Below, piece after piece: positions 36,956-49,516 of a stretch of 50,822 nucleotides of DNA. This DNA comes from Catajapyx aquilonaris. Lineage: Eukaryota. How positions within the stretch are numbered: position 1 is the stretch's first letter; each line of letters starts with the position of its first letter. Below the pieces are notes generated by a model. The model searched no databases. It was not told where the DNA came from and worked only from the letters and a program-made list of their open reading frames with translations. Position numbers and translations under genes: made by a program. Location of the stretch: positions 1-50,822 of the forward strand of contig JYFJ02002788.1 in NCBI GenBank assembly GCA_000934665.2, given 5' to 3'.

Positions 36956-37254
36956 GAGACGGACGGAACTCCATACAGAAGACGGCCACCAGCAATTACG
37001 TGAGTGAGAGTACATGTGAGTGGGGATTCCGACTAATTTAAGTCGATGTACTCGGAACCATAGTGTCCTGTAATTACCACATTTCTTTACAACAACTAAT
37101 TAAAATCATTACGTATTCCGCACTCCAAGTTATATTCATTTCCACCCTATATACCCAGACGTCCTTGCCAGAAGTGCCCCTATAACCCCTTCTATAGGGT
37201 CCGACACCTTACTGCTCCCAAAATAAAGAGTCATACCCATTATCAACCGTTACA
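36955..37254 (+). mobile_element. LTR-like repeat, copy 2 (5'-truncated)
   Basis: Direct repeat of 35300-35582 (AGAGACGGACGGAACTCCATACAGAAGACGGCCACCAGCAATTACGTGAGTGAGAGTAC...AATAAAGAGTCATACCCATTATCAACCGTTACA) with several substitutions and indels. Confidence 0.7.
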
Positions 37255-39037
37255 ATAGCAGCACTTTTTTGTGAGAAACATCAGGTCAGGGGCGAAATCA
37301 CTCAATCTTCCAGATGGGGGTCAAAGAAACAATGACATCAAAGACAACGATGGAATAATGTTGGAGGTGTTGGGAGTGGTCATGATTTAATATAATAAGC
37401 GCTTGTTCCGCCACTTGAGCCCTCTAATAAAGGCGTTTCCTCCTCTCAAGACAAAAGAGACTCAACGGACGGCTGAGCTGGTCCTCTTCATTACATTCCA
37501 TAATTTGCACCTGTAACACAGATTCCACGCTGCCATCGCTTTCAATGATATCCCAACTATGTAATTTGAATGCGGTTGGGTAACAAATATGAGACCCTAC
37601 AGGGGGGTGTGCGAAAATGTGATTGAGTAAGTGCGAACGTGAGGAGGAATGACCGGTTACGGATGAAGAGGACTATCACAAGTTGTGGTTAAACTAAAGA
37701 CTTGTTAGAAGCAGCAATTAAAAGGCAATCATTGAAGCAGGCAGCGTGCAAGAAGGGCGGTTGTGCCAGTGCGAAAGTGAGTCGAGTCCCAGATGGTCCA
37801 TCGAGGAATCTCTCATCTGAAGCAAAGAATTTTCAGGCCACTATCACTGCTTTGTTATACGTGCGTGGTATAGATGCCGGTGATTTGTATGCTTCGTGAT
37901 GCACTTAACAGCCTGAGTCAGTGCGCAGTGACCATTCAGAGTGTTTGCTGCACCCAAATTCTGTATGCTAGTTTCGGTTCGGATATTTAGCATTTCCGAC
38001 ATATTCAGGCTCCGTCTAAATTAAAATGTGCATTTCGCATTGCTGAGATATTATCCTGCAACATCACGCAACACACTTTCCATGTGGAAAACGTGTTGCC
38101 TGACAAACAGGATAGAAGACTAGCCAACAAATATATGAACCTTCGTGCCCGTCAGAAGTCAATCTGGACTCTTGAGCAGCCTGTTCAACCCGCTCATATA
38201 CTTTGAAAATTGTGGTGGTTCATCCCCTGAACACGTTACGTGTTCATTCGGGTTCGAGTTGGGTATGGTTTATGGACAGGTTGGGGCAGGTGTCCACTCC
38301 TGATCTTCGTGCAGGTGAAGTGGACATGCATGTGAACCTTGCTTGACCCTGCATGGTGGAGTATTTTTATTAATAATTTTTATCAGCCAGTTGATAGTGA
38401 TTGATTTCCGCCCTTAAGGCAATTTATCCTGTAATCCCCAGAGGATTTTCCGCTCCTTATAATCAACGGGTGTTATTATATAGACAAACTGCATATAAAG
38501 ATTTTAATCTCTCAGACGTTGTGCGGAAGTGAAGGTGAGCATTTCCTTCGAAAGTGTAAGTGTGGGAACAAATGGATACATACTGCTGTATGGGGGAGGG
38601 CAAGTCGTGCGCATCGGGGCAAATGGGATCATCGCCACAATATATGGCACAGATGGTCATATGAATACGAAACCACGACGTGGGGTTTTCAGTGGAAGAA
38701 GAAGAGATGAGGCGAGACCACCACGGGTAGTAACCGGCGTGGAAACCAGTCTGGCCACGAACATGCCTTGTTTATTGTGGTCAAACTTTGCATTTTTAGG
38801 CGTCTAAATTGACCAACGTTTGAGAGCTTTTCAATAGGACGAAGGTGTTATATGAAGCGTATTATGCCATTGTTGTTATCTCATGCATTGCGGTCACTCT
38901 GAATGGAAGGCACTTTTGAAATCAAATGCGAAACTTTCAGAGAAATATGCTTCATGTCTTGGTTTCCACGGAAGCATGAAGTGTGTTAATTGCAGTGATA
39001 CGTATATGATATTTTAAAATTTTGCCAGTTTAAACAA

Positions 39038-39590
39038 CAACAACAACAACAACATCACGACATTTCCCTATGAGGGGTAGTCAGCGATGAAGGGAGATGC
39101 AAGCTAACCCAACATATGAACTAATAAAACACATGAGAAAGAACCTAAAAACAACCTGTCCCACCCCCCACCCCTGCCCACCTCAGACATCACCTTATCC
39201 TCAGACATATTTACCTATTTACCCATTAATTAACCTACGCCATTTACACCTATCCAAACAAACAACCCTAGCCTCAGCCACGTCCATGGTCCTATTGACA
39301 CAAGAACGTCTCGGCTTAACACTAGCAACACCCTTAAGACACTGGCCCACCTGGTCCAACCATGTCTTCCTAGGCCTACCCTTGCCCCTCTTACCAACTA
39401 CTCCACCCATATAAACCTTCTTCACAATCTCCTCCTCCTTCATCCTCTCCACATGGCCAAACCACCTTAAAGTAGACCTACACACCTTATCTTTAACAGT
39501 CTCCTTAACATTACACCTCTCCAAAATCTCCTCATTCCTAATCCTATCGAACTTGGTAACCCCACAAACAGCCCGGAGATAACGCATCTC
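39038..39590 (-). mobile_element. 5'-truncated RTE-clade non-LTR retrotransposon (3' end of ORF, UTR and (GTT)n tail)
   Basis: ORF 39587-39219, MRYLRAVCGVTKFDRIRNEEI...LRWFGHVERM...GKRGKGRPRKTWLDQV...DRCKWR, is the typical RTE C-terminus. It has a microsatellite 3' tail and an exact 14-bp TSD, GCCAGTTTAAACAA, at 39024-39037 and 39591-39604. Confidence 0.93.
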
Positions 39591-40898
39591 GCCAGTTTAA
39601 ACAAACTTGATATATGAGTATCAAAACAGTTACAAAAGCACAGTGTGTACAAATTACTCAGTGTTGTAAGATCATATTTTGGGTGTATGTAAATAATATT
39701 TCGTATGCCAAAGTCTCTCGTTCCAGAGAGTAGATAGTAGGAAATTAATACATTCATTGTTTACCCCCAGCCAGCATCACCTTGGAGTAATAATAAGGGC
39801 TATACGTACAGTACTTATTCATTGGCAGAAAGAGCTATTTTCGTTGAAGAAAATCTGCCATATATTCTTGAGACTCTCAAGAAGTTGAGAGACGTGACAA
39901 AGGTCATTTCACCACTGGTTTACCTTGTTTGGAGGTCCTTCAACGGCTGATACCAACACATCAAAGCACCATGTTTATCGTAATTTAGAGCACATTCGTA
40001 TCGGTGAAAATCTGTTGGATGCCCATGTCCAATCACCTCATTTTGATGAGTATCGTAGTGATTTATACAGGATATGAAATGTTCCGCGTTTAGTTTGTGA
40101 TTTTTGGCACAAACTTCTTTGTAAGCAGAACTTCTTAGCGGTTATCAAAAAAATTTGCTGGTAATGTTCAGCCAAATTTCTCCAGACTTTTAATGCTCGT
40201 AGCCTACAATGAATTTCTGATTGGAAATGGCCTATTGGAACAATATATTGGCATCGAATGTCTATGATTTGACCCATTTTTTCAGTCTATAGACTCCCTT
40301 GCAGGCCCACCGCCCACGCAACCTAATGTTAGCATTGATATCCATCAAGTGTAACTAACTAACTATTCAAAGGTAGGCTATCTGCTTAATAAGTGTCAAA
40401 GGTAGCTAACTAAAGCGGACATTTCAAATGCTATTGGAGTGTTCATTGAAACTTCACAATGATGCAATAGCTAAAAGGTTTTGAAGGTATGGCGACTGAG
40501 GTGAACGTCCAAGAGATTTTCACCTATAGGAATATGAGATATATTCTAAAACGAGCAGTGTGTTAATATACCGCATGATACACCAAAATATACTTATCTC
40601 TTGTAATTATTATCCTGGACTCGAAGGTACACCATGTTTTTATACACAAATTCAGCTTGTACATCAATTAACTTCGATCAAAACATCGCTATTTTCAAAG
40701 TCCACATAAACACCTCATGTAGGTGCATTTAAAAAAACAGCATACACATTGTCCAAGTCAGTTATTCACATTAGAATAACACTGGGTGTTGTAAGTCATC
40801 CACACTCATCTACTTGCGTCCCACAGTACTCTTCACCTTTGAAGGGGTGGGCGGTACGTCACTTATTCGAACAAACAACTAGTTCTGACGCCAATGAA

Positions 40899-43800
40899 TC
40901 AGACTGTGGAGTTGAGTTCATCTTTGCGGTAACTGGCAGTGGCTCTAGAGAACCACCCCAGAGTCCGGAACACCTCCCGGCGACAAAAGAAGATGAGGAA
41001 GACAAAAATGCCCTGAAGTGCCAGGATGATGTCGATCACCAGCCTGAAACAGGGTCGCAATTAATTTCAATTAGGCACGTCAGTAGAAGTCATGCTTACC
41101 ATGCTCCATTTGAAGGTTTGTAGAAGTAGGTGAATATCTCAAAGAACCAGAGGACCATTGATAGTAGGATCAGTTTCAGGTATGGACTAAACCTGTAAAG
41201 AAAGTTGACATTAATGTTTACCACCTCTAATTCTTTAATTGCCACGAACAGTGTCAGACACTCCATGAAATATTGTTCCGTGACGTTTTTGTAAATTACT
41301 TTTTATGGGGCTAGAACTGCTTGGTTTCTATAGGATTAACCTTGCTATTCATTCTGACGTAAATCCAGAGGATGCTGAGTAGGCCAACCGGTACTAAGAA
41401 ATTAATTGCTACGGGATGTCATATTGTAGAGTGAGCATGAGCAATCGCTTATGCGATTACTAATTGTGGTGTTTACGAAGCGGATTTGGTCCGAGTCGTT
41501 ATCGTAAGATTAGGAAGAAGTGCATTGCAATCAAGTTCATACGCAGGCCTTACCATAATTTGATTGACAGTATTGATTACGCAATGAAAATTATGCCCCC
41601 TGTCACACATGCCTGACTTCTTCGAAACCAATATTACGACCGTACTTTTTTTGTCCGATTACGTAAGGAAACCACACATCACATGTGGTCTCACAATAGA
41701 AATGCGTTGGTTTTGTTACCAGTCATAATCAACATCAGGTATGGAGGCCCGATGAGTCCACAGGCGTTTAGCTGACAAGATGAAGAAAACTGCAATGATG
41801 ACCAGAAGGATGGCGATTGGTCCGTAAAACCACAACAGTGTCTCCATATCACCTGAAATAGCGACATTATTAGATTCGTTCAGGACATGAGCATTGTTTT
41901 GTGATTGAATGCCACACGCAGATCCAGAATTGTTAGCACGCACCCCTTTCTAAATGTTACGGACTCCTTTTTATGCCTTGTTATCCATTTAGCACAAACA
42001 GGTAATTTATTACAAATTGCGTGAATTTTTCCCAAGATGCTCATGACATACTAAATGAAATCGAAAACAAAGCTACCTAATATTCAGAAACAACGATAGC
42101 ATCAAGTACTTCTTACCATGAAACCAGCAGCGCTCATATCCGAATCCGGGTGTAAAAGGGATGGGATTGCCCAAGATAAGGTCAGTCACGGTCAGTACCA
42201 TCATCATAGCGAATGGGCTGCCGAAGCCAAACAGCAGCCGATACAAAAGAGGACGATAACTCTTGTTGCCATTCGTGCTTGAAGCTGACAGCGCTGATCC
42301 GCTATTGCCCTCAGACTGGTACCAGCATCTGAAACCAAAATCTTTAATCATCACGACTGACTCCTCAATATTTCCAGTGGTCATTGAAGTGTACTTGGCA
42401 GCAGTATCACCACTGCACTCCTTTCACCCACACTTTCACCGGCCATCTGGAGCGCTCAGAAGTCATTCCTCTTTTGCTTTGTCCTTTTCCCGCTTTCTGC
42501 TCCATTTCCTCACATTGGTGAAAAGCAAGGGATAACACGCAAAAGTCATTAGCCGAGAAAATTTCCTCAGGTAGCATTTTTTTGTGTTTCCAAGAAGTGG
42601 TCAATTGATCCGTTTATTGGGAGGGCAGCCAACAAGGACGGGGTAATGACAATGATTTGGTAGATCGTGTTCAAATAGTGAAAATCAGAACTAGACCCAA
42701 CTGTCTATCTGTGTAGCTCCCAAAATAGATAGCTGAGGTATAGGTCATAGAGCACGAGAGTTTCGCGGTTTCCGTCATCCGGTGACGATAGGATTTCACT
42801 GTCCCAAAACAACTATTGTGATATGGGCAGGATGTGATAGAGCGCTCTGCACTATTATGCACTGGCTATAATGTGCTCCATATTATTCATAACACTATAC
42901 ACATTTCAATATTATTATAATTAGGAACAATCTCATTTCTTTCTCTATGCACGTAGCTGGTTGAATGACACCAAATTAAAAGTGGATGGTGAGGCCCACG
43001 ATGCACGACCTTGACTTTGACCATTGGTTAATATACGCCAGTGCACACACACAAAAAAAAGTCTCATCTTGCCCTTGAGAAAGTTGTTCGGGCAGGCGTG
43101 AATTGAAGATCCTGGCTTTATTGCTTTACCACCGAGAAATATGCGTGGGTTACTATGTTACTCACCAAGGATGAATGCATTGTAATCGTGCGACGATAAG
43201 CTTGCATGTCTATAGGCTACTCACATATGTTTCCAAATGTTGAAAGCCAGGACAACCAACCAGAAAAATATGGCCACGAACCAGTAGTACAGCAGGAATC
43301 CTGCGGAATGAAAATATATTAAGTCTGAAATGTTGTCGCATATTACATGCATGCATTGTGCGGGACCGGTGCATTTAAAAGCTCCATGAAGGCTAACTGC
43401 TGAGTTTTTTTTGTATGTTTGCTTTCGTATTAATGTCAAAGTCATGCTGAAGACACGCTTCCTGACAGGAGAGAATGTGTGAGGGAAATTAAGACACGCA
43501 AGGCTGCTGTGTTGGTTTGCATTTGTCTGTGCCTAAAGTAATGTACTACATGCAGAACATTGCATGAAACTGTACTGTACACCTGCTATACTGTAAAGAT
43601 AATATCATACATACAGGTAGCATATTACATTAAGCTGCCATTTGGACCACCCTGTAGTGTACTGCTTCCAACTAGTTTGAGAAGAATGCGCATTTTCTTG
43701 TGATAATCTTCAGCTTATCGTGCTCGTATTCAGAAAAACCTGTCTTGATGACCTATACTGTTATCAACATCATGTTTTCAGTACACAAGAAGCAGTTGCC

Positions 43801-45758
43801 GCCAATTCCGAATGCTGACGAAACATGCGTGTGTCACCTCCCAATATTTACGATGTTTTAAAACTGTTTATTTAACCTTCAATAGATAAATGTCAAGCTT
43901 ACAGAGTAATGAAAAGCCATTTGTCAGAATGTCATGAGCAATTACGCATAGTTCCGGGACTTTTCTCTATGCAGATGTGGCAATATTTCCTCCACCTTTA
44001 TAGAAGCAGAGTGAATGTATCGTTTAAGAAAGAGGCTGTATAAATAGATACCCATAACCCTGCAGGCGATAGAGTTGAAAGTATGCGTGTTGGTCTGAAC
44101 CACGATGAGGAAGATGAAGGCCAGCGCCATGCACAGCAGGAAGGACATCAGGCACTGCCCCTGGAGGTCACGCAATCGAGGTATGGCCAAGTACAGGCCA
44201 AATGTCAGCGCCAAAAACACCACCGACACTCCCAGCAGAATAGGAGTCAGCTTCATTGCATACTGTAAAAAAAATTTCATTAAAATAACAAATATAAGTT
44301 AAAGCGTGTTTATTATATTAATTAGTTCCACTTCCCATCCACCCGAGGCGCTGCCTCCTCCCATTGCGCAGGCGTAGAACAGCGGGCAAATCATAAGCGT
44401 CAAATAATATTTATTGTCAAATTCTGGTACCATACACCACTACCCCTATCAATGCACAGCAATTAAAATATTCGATGTGGGTTAATTGGAGTATGATCGT
44501 GCGAAAGGGAAAATAAGGTGGAAACAAACTCTCTTTTTCCCTTCATGTATCTCATGGCATGGTTGGGTGGGGGGTAACTCTTGAGAACTCCAAAGCTTGT
44601 TCTCATGGAAGGACCTAAGATCGAGTGCATGTCATTGAGAAAGGAAACAAAGGGCGCACCGGATGCTGCCTCTGATGCAAATCGCCTACCCTACGCAAGA
44701 ATGTGAGTCAGCATGTGTCGTATGCTGTGAATGACAAAAAGGACCTTTCTTTGTCTTTTTTTAAAACAAATTTTTAAGGGACGCTACGGTGAGGGGTAAT
44801 TTTCCGCGATACGACGCCTCTGATCACTCTCATTTGCACAAATACGCATCGGCCGTGACATGTGGACTCCAGTGACCCCGTTTACCTGCATGAAGGACTG
44901 CAGGTTCAAGGTCGCCTGGTTCTCCCTAACTGTACCTCTGATTCGCGGCGATAATTAGTAACTGAAAAAGGAGCAAGACCAGGGGCGCGGTTGCACTCTG
45001 TTGGCATGCTGTTTCGTACCTGAAGCAGAAATTGGCCCAAAGCGGGCACGAAACCGGAGGCAATGACTAGAAGTCTTCAGGGCATGTGAACTGGTCGAAT
45101 TCAATAGACCTGTTTCCGCGTGTAATCATATTGTGACACACCTTGTACCTGTGACACGTGATATAAATATGAAACTCACATATGTGACAGTATCCGAAGT
45201 GTCGTGCTCCTGCTCATCAGGGAAGCAGGCCAGGGCGGTTAGAATGACCTCTGGGTCATTCCGACCTTCAGTCACAGCCTGTTCGTCTTTGGTCGGATTG
45301 GACCGGAAAGATAATCTGAGGCAATATCTACTGGTATGAAACTTGTGGTAAGTATGTAGTCCCACTTGTAGTTCCCCGGATGGCATCAGCACCACGAAAC
45401 GGTCCTCAGGGTATGCCACAGGGTCCAACACGAACATGCCTGATGAGCAGTTGGGGTACTGCTCCGGTTGCAACGCACCGTCGTTGGGCGCCTGTTCCAA
45501 ATCTGGCGCGAAGATGGGCGAAGAAGTGGAGGATTGGTCCACAGTCTCCAAAGGCACATCCGGGATGGTGGTTCCCGCTGGGTATGCCCTGCAGGCCTCC
45601 TGTTGCAGATCATACGCCTGTCCACGCCTGCAGCACAGCGGTGCACCGGCGGCCATGACTGCATCCCATTCTGCATTTGCACCAGGGGCCAACAGCAGGT
45701 AGATGGCTAGATGAAGAAGAACCCTTCTGAGAGGCCAGCGGCAACAACCTTCCTCCAT
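40899..45758 (-). CDS. Methuselah-like (Mth/Mthl) GPCR, about 482 aa
   Basis: Exons 45758-45180, 44262-44052, 43300-43225, 42328-42117, 41852-41720, 41192-41100 and 41043-40899 are GT-AG with phases 0,1,2,1,2,2, giving 1449 nt open. The protein has a signal peptide, a Cys-patterned ectodomain (LCC..C..C..YCL..ACF) and 7TM motifs: SVVFLALTFGLYLAIPRLRDLQGQCLMSF, FFWLVVLAFNIW, PGFGYERCWF, FYGPIAILL, WFFEI and LQGIFVFLIFFCRR. Confidence 0.92.
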
Positions 45759-45822
45759 GGTTTGCAGATCGCGACTACCGCGGCTCAACACTTGCTAGGA
45801 TCGCACACAAAAACCAGTGGAT

Positions 45823-45846
45823 GTGTGACGTCACACGCGTGACGTC
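45823..45846. promoter_or_regulatory. Tandem CRE-like sites upstream of the Methuselah-like gene
   Basis: A 14-bp palindrome, GTGTGACGTCACAC (45823-45836), contains the CRE consensus TGACGTCA. A second GTGACGTC lies at 45839-45846. Both are about 70-90 bp upstream of the ATG. Confidence 0.5.
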
Positions 45847-47975
45847 CGCGCGCGTTTTCTGCCTTGACCTACAAGTTGCCCCGGGGCCACCATCATGTAC
45901 GAATCATCATGCTTTTTCTATGCCTTTAATTAAGTTAATTTAGTGTGGAATACCGTACAAATGTGTGGCCGTGACAAAAGGGCGTATTTATGTAAAATGG
46001 TAGTAGTGCAAATCATTTCTAGTGTATGTCTCGTGTCATGTAGTTTCCGGGGTAATACTCGTGCTGTAATGTCTCATAAACAATCGTAATAGCTGTAACT
46101 AATTTAAGAATGATTAGGGAAATAGGTTCTTAGGCTGTAATAGGCGATAAAATTTTCACTGCTTCGTATTTGTAACTATCACGCTGCGCTGATGTTACTG
46201 TGTGGAGAACTCATTCGAGTATACCACACTGGCCTGTAAAGTCAATTAACGTATGTTATTTTATGTTTGAATAGAAAGTTGTTGTGTAATCACTCGTAAT
46301 ATCAAGGCTTACATACAAGCCGGGGAATATTTGAAAACCAGATGGTAGTAGTGGGTAAAAAATGGTGGAAAGAAATGCGACATAACTCCTCTTCAGTGAA
46401 GCAATGTGTGAGGAATAATAACACGCTGCAACCTGCTACACTAAACACTATTTTGAGTAGTTGTCTCAGATAGCCTTTTTTATACAATATTTCAGTGTAA
46501 TCACTAATTTTTTCAAGTTCAGCAACCTGCTGTTAGCGGCTGAATTTTTGTGCCGATGGTTATTGCCAGTTTTTTTGAATTTCTCTTTAACAATTTGTAA
46601 ATGAGATCTTGTTGCGAAGCGCCTTTTAGGGACACAGCTGCAGGCAGTCTACAACAGGTTATTAATATTAACCACGGAGTAAAAGTGACAGTGCAGCTCT
46701 TTGTTTTCACTGACACTTTCAGATGAATCAGTGAAATCATGCCTACAGTTATAGCCGGTTATAGCCTCCCTGTGTATTTATGAAGGGCTAAAATCGAGTG
46801 TAGCCTAGTTGTGATATACAATAGACGTCGTTAATATTCGCATCTTTTTAACTCGCTTTGAATAATCGGTTATTTAAATTTAATTACGCACTTTATGATT
46901 TTACATGTGATTTCATAGAACTCACTGTAATTTATTTCGATATTACAATCATACATTACTGAGATAGTCGTGAGGAGCCAGACCTGATGTGATAGCAGCA
47001 TTGCCGTGTAACATTTCATTGCGTGCGTTTATGCCATGAAATATTATGCACTGTTAGTACAGTATTTTTGCCTCACACCGGTAACCACGACCTAGGAAAC
47101 AATTTAATGGTGTGTAGAATTCTGATGGACAAATCGACATATTTTTTGACGCGTAACAATACTGCATGTGTTGTGACTACTTTAAGAGGACCATACCGGT
47201 ACGGTAAACATGGAAATAAAACCGCAAGTTCGGTGCTGACAAATGATTCGCTGGGAAGTAAAATGACTTTCTCCTGTCATGATTTACATTCCAGTGTTAC
47301 ACAAGCAAGGAAGTTGAGCGATGAGAATTTCAAGGGAGGAAGCGGTTGATGGGAACGAGGGAATTTCATTGCGTCTTGTCGTGTAGAAACTTTACTACTA
47401 CTCTTGGTTGATAAGGCAAATCACTAACAAGTGATTCACGCCTCTATGGCAATCTGTAGTTCTCAGTATTTTGCTCTTGATAATGTCATGCAATCTTTGA
47501 CACTTGAGACTTAAACATGCGTTACTCAGGAATGTACGTCCTTGCAAGGAGAGAATGGTAGTGATGTCACAAATAAATAAGCGACGTTGCGTTGACATGT
47601 TAGGTTGTAGGACACAAAATGATCTAATTATTATATTTGCCCCCCAAAAAGCAGTTTTGCTGAAAATATGTCAGGTTTCATCATTTGCACATGTCTACAC
47701 GAATGCTATACGTTGTGCAAGTTTCATTAGCAACATAGCGTCAGATGTTGACACAACAGTTGTGTGTAAGCAGCTTCAAAATAACAAGCTTTTCGATACA
47801 GGTAACAGCTTCTCTGCCACCACGTTAATGTACACACTACTATAGTTTCAGACAATCCCAGCTGTAGGTTGTATTGGACTAGAATATTATCCCGATATTT
47901 TCCAAGAAATAATGGGGACAAAATAAAACAGTATTAAGTTAACATCACTTTATTCCAGGAAACAAGAAGGACGTC

Positions 47976-49516
47976 TCACTTGACCATTATCTTTTGGATC
48001 ACGATGAGAATGAATGTCTTACCTGCAAAAAAGTGAAGGTGTATGGTTAGAGTCCGATTAAGCCTATACGTAATACAGTACACATCGCAGATTGAAAGTA
48101 TCTTGCCCTGTAATAATATAGACAAATGGGCACTAATAAATATGTACGGACAAATTCGGGCAAGTTCTTAACCCTGGGACCGTGGAAGAATCTCCGTAAA
48201 TCCTCACGGACGAAAGTGTTTAATTGAGGACACTTAAAAATACAGCATTAAATATTAGCCAGAAAAAATTACCCCTCGCTCCTCAAGATAATTACGACGT
48301 AAGAAGGTGACATTCATGAAACTGACATGCAGTCCTGAACTTGAATAAATTCTGAACACCTCCTACCCTGCAAATCCTTATCCCATTACGCGGAGGATGT
48401 GACTATACCTGGACAAACAGTTATTTCGTGCTTTCTGGAGCGCATGCGAAGGGTGACGATATGGTTGCTATCGTCGTGGCCCTCCACAATTGACGCTGCC
48501 TTCTCCGTCAGCAGGTGCATCATACCCGTGTACTGTTGTGTCATCAAAGCATCCATGGTTGACAGGATAGTTCTGGCTGAATAAGAAGATAAAACAGTGC
48601 TGGCGGTATGAAGAACATTAATTTGGTCCATCTTTGTTTGTTTGTTTGTTTGTTTTGTTTGTTTGATTTATAAAAAATTACCCCGTGTCAATGTGTACTA
48701 AATCTTGAGAGTTCTGGAATCTTACTTGTGGACTATCCGTCTCCTCCCCGTCTGCGACAATGATTTCAGTGCCTGCCATTTTTGCGTATATTTTTCCGAT
48801 CACTCCCCAGAAATGTAATTTCAAGCCATAGGAATGGGGGTTGCATGCTACCAGGCAATAGTTATTACACTTGTCTCTTTGTACAGGGTGTTTTATATAG
48901 CTGTACGACCGCGCAATAATGTGATGCGTTGACCCCCTGAAGATTTGCAATATGTGTCGAAATCTACATTTAAATTTTAAATACGACTACAAAATGCTGT
49001 AAGAACTTCTCCCGCACTTCTTGTTAGTAAAGCTGTACTGTACATTAACTCACCAGTAGAGGTCATGAGAAGGGCCCCCTCTACTCCTCTATACATCAAC
49101 AGTCTCCTAATGTGGTCCTCGATCTTCTGACGCTAGAAAAGAAGAAATAAAGTCAAAAAATGAGCTCTAATATTGTGTCATGAGTTGTTCTAATATCAAC
49201 CCCCCCCCCCCTTATTTGCTAATAACTCGATGCTCACAAGCAATTTACACAAATTATTGTGTTCGGCTACCCCATGTCTGGGAATGTTGTGTTCGGTTGA
49301 TGTGTCATCAAAGTTGTTTTCTGACTGATATTTAAATGTACTGTATTTAAATAAAAAGCCAGATACACTGCTTCTCTATGAAAAAAAACCCACGCTTAGT
49401 TTTTGATATGGACCTTAGAATAGGCTACTCGGCACCAGTGGACATTTACAGGATGCATCTCAATTGCAACCGCCTATGTTGCAGAAGCGCACATTTTTGC
49501 TTACCCTTCCAGACAT
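47976..49516 (-). CDS. Dynein light chain roadblock/LC7-type protein, divergent (about 101 aa)
   Basis: Exons 49516-49505, 49132-49054, 48576-48409 and 48022-47976 are GT-AG with phases 0,1,1. Product: MSGRRQKIEDHIRRLLMYRGVEGALLMTSTARTILSTMDALMTQQYTGMMHLLTEKAASIVEGHDDSNHIVTLRMRSRKHEITVCPGKTFILIVIQKIMVK. It aligns by eye with roadblock motifs (GVxG, TT/STMD, QYxG, LRxRSKKHEI, LIVIQ). An alternative in-frame ATG lies at 49522. Confidence 0.88.
48633..48665. repeat. (TTTG)n microsatellite in a roadblock intron
   Basis: About 8 TTTG units with one interruption. Confidence 0.9.

Noticed and set aside
35066..37254. Intact LTR retrotransposon
   Set aside because: There is no gag/pol, PBS, polypurine tract or TSD, and the second repeat is truncated. 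It is kept only as a hypothesis in the findings.
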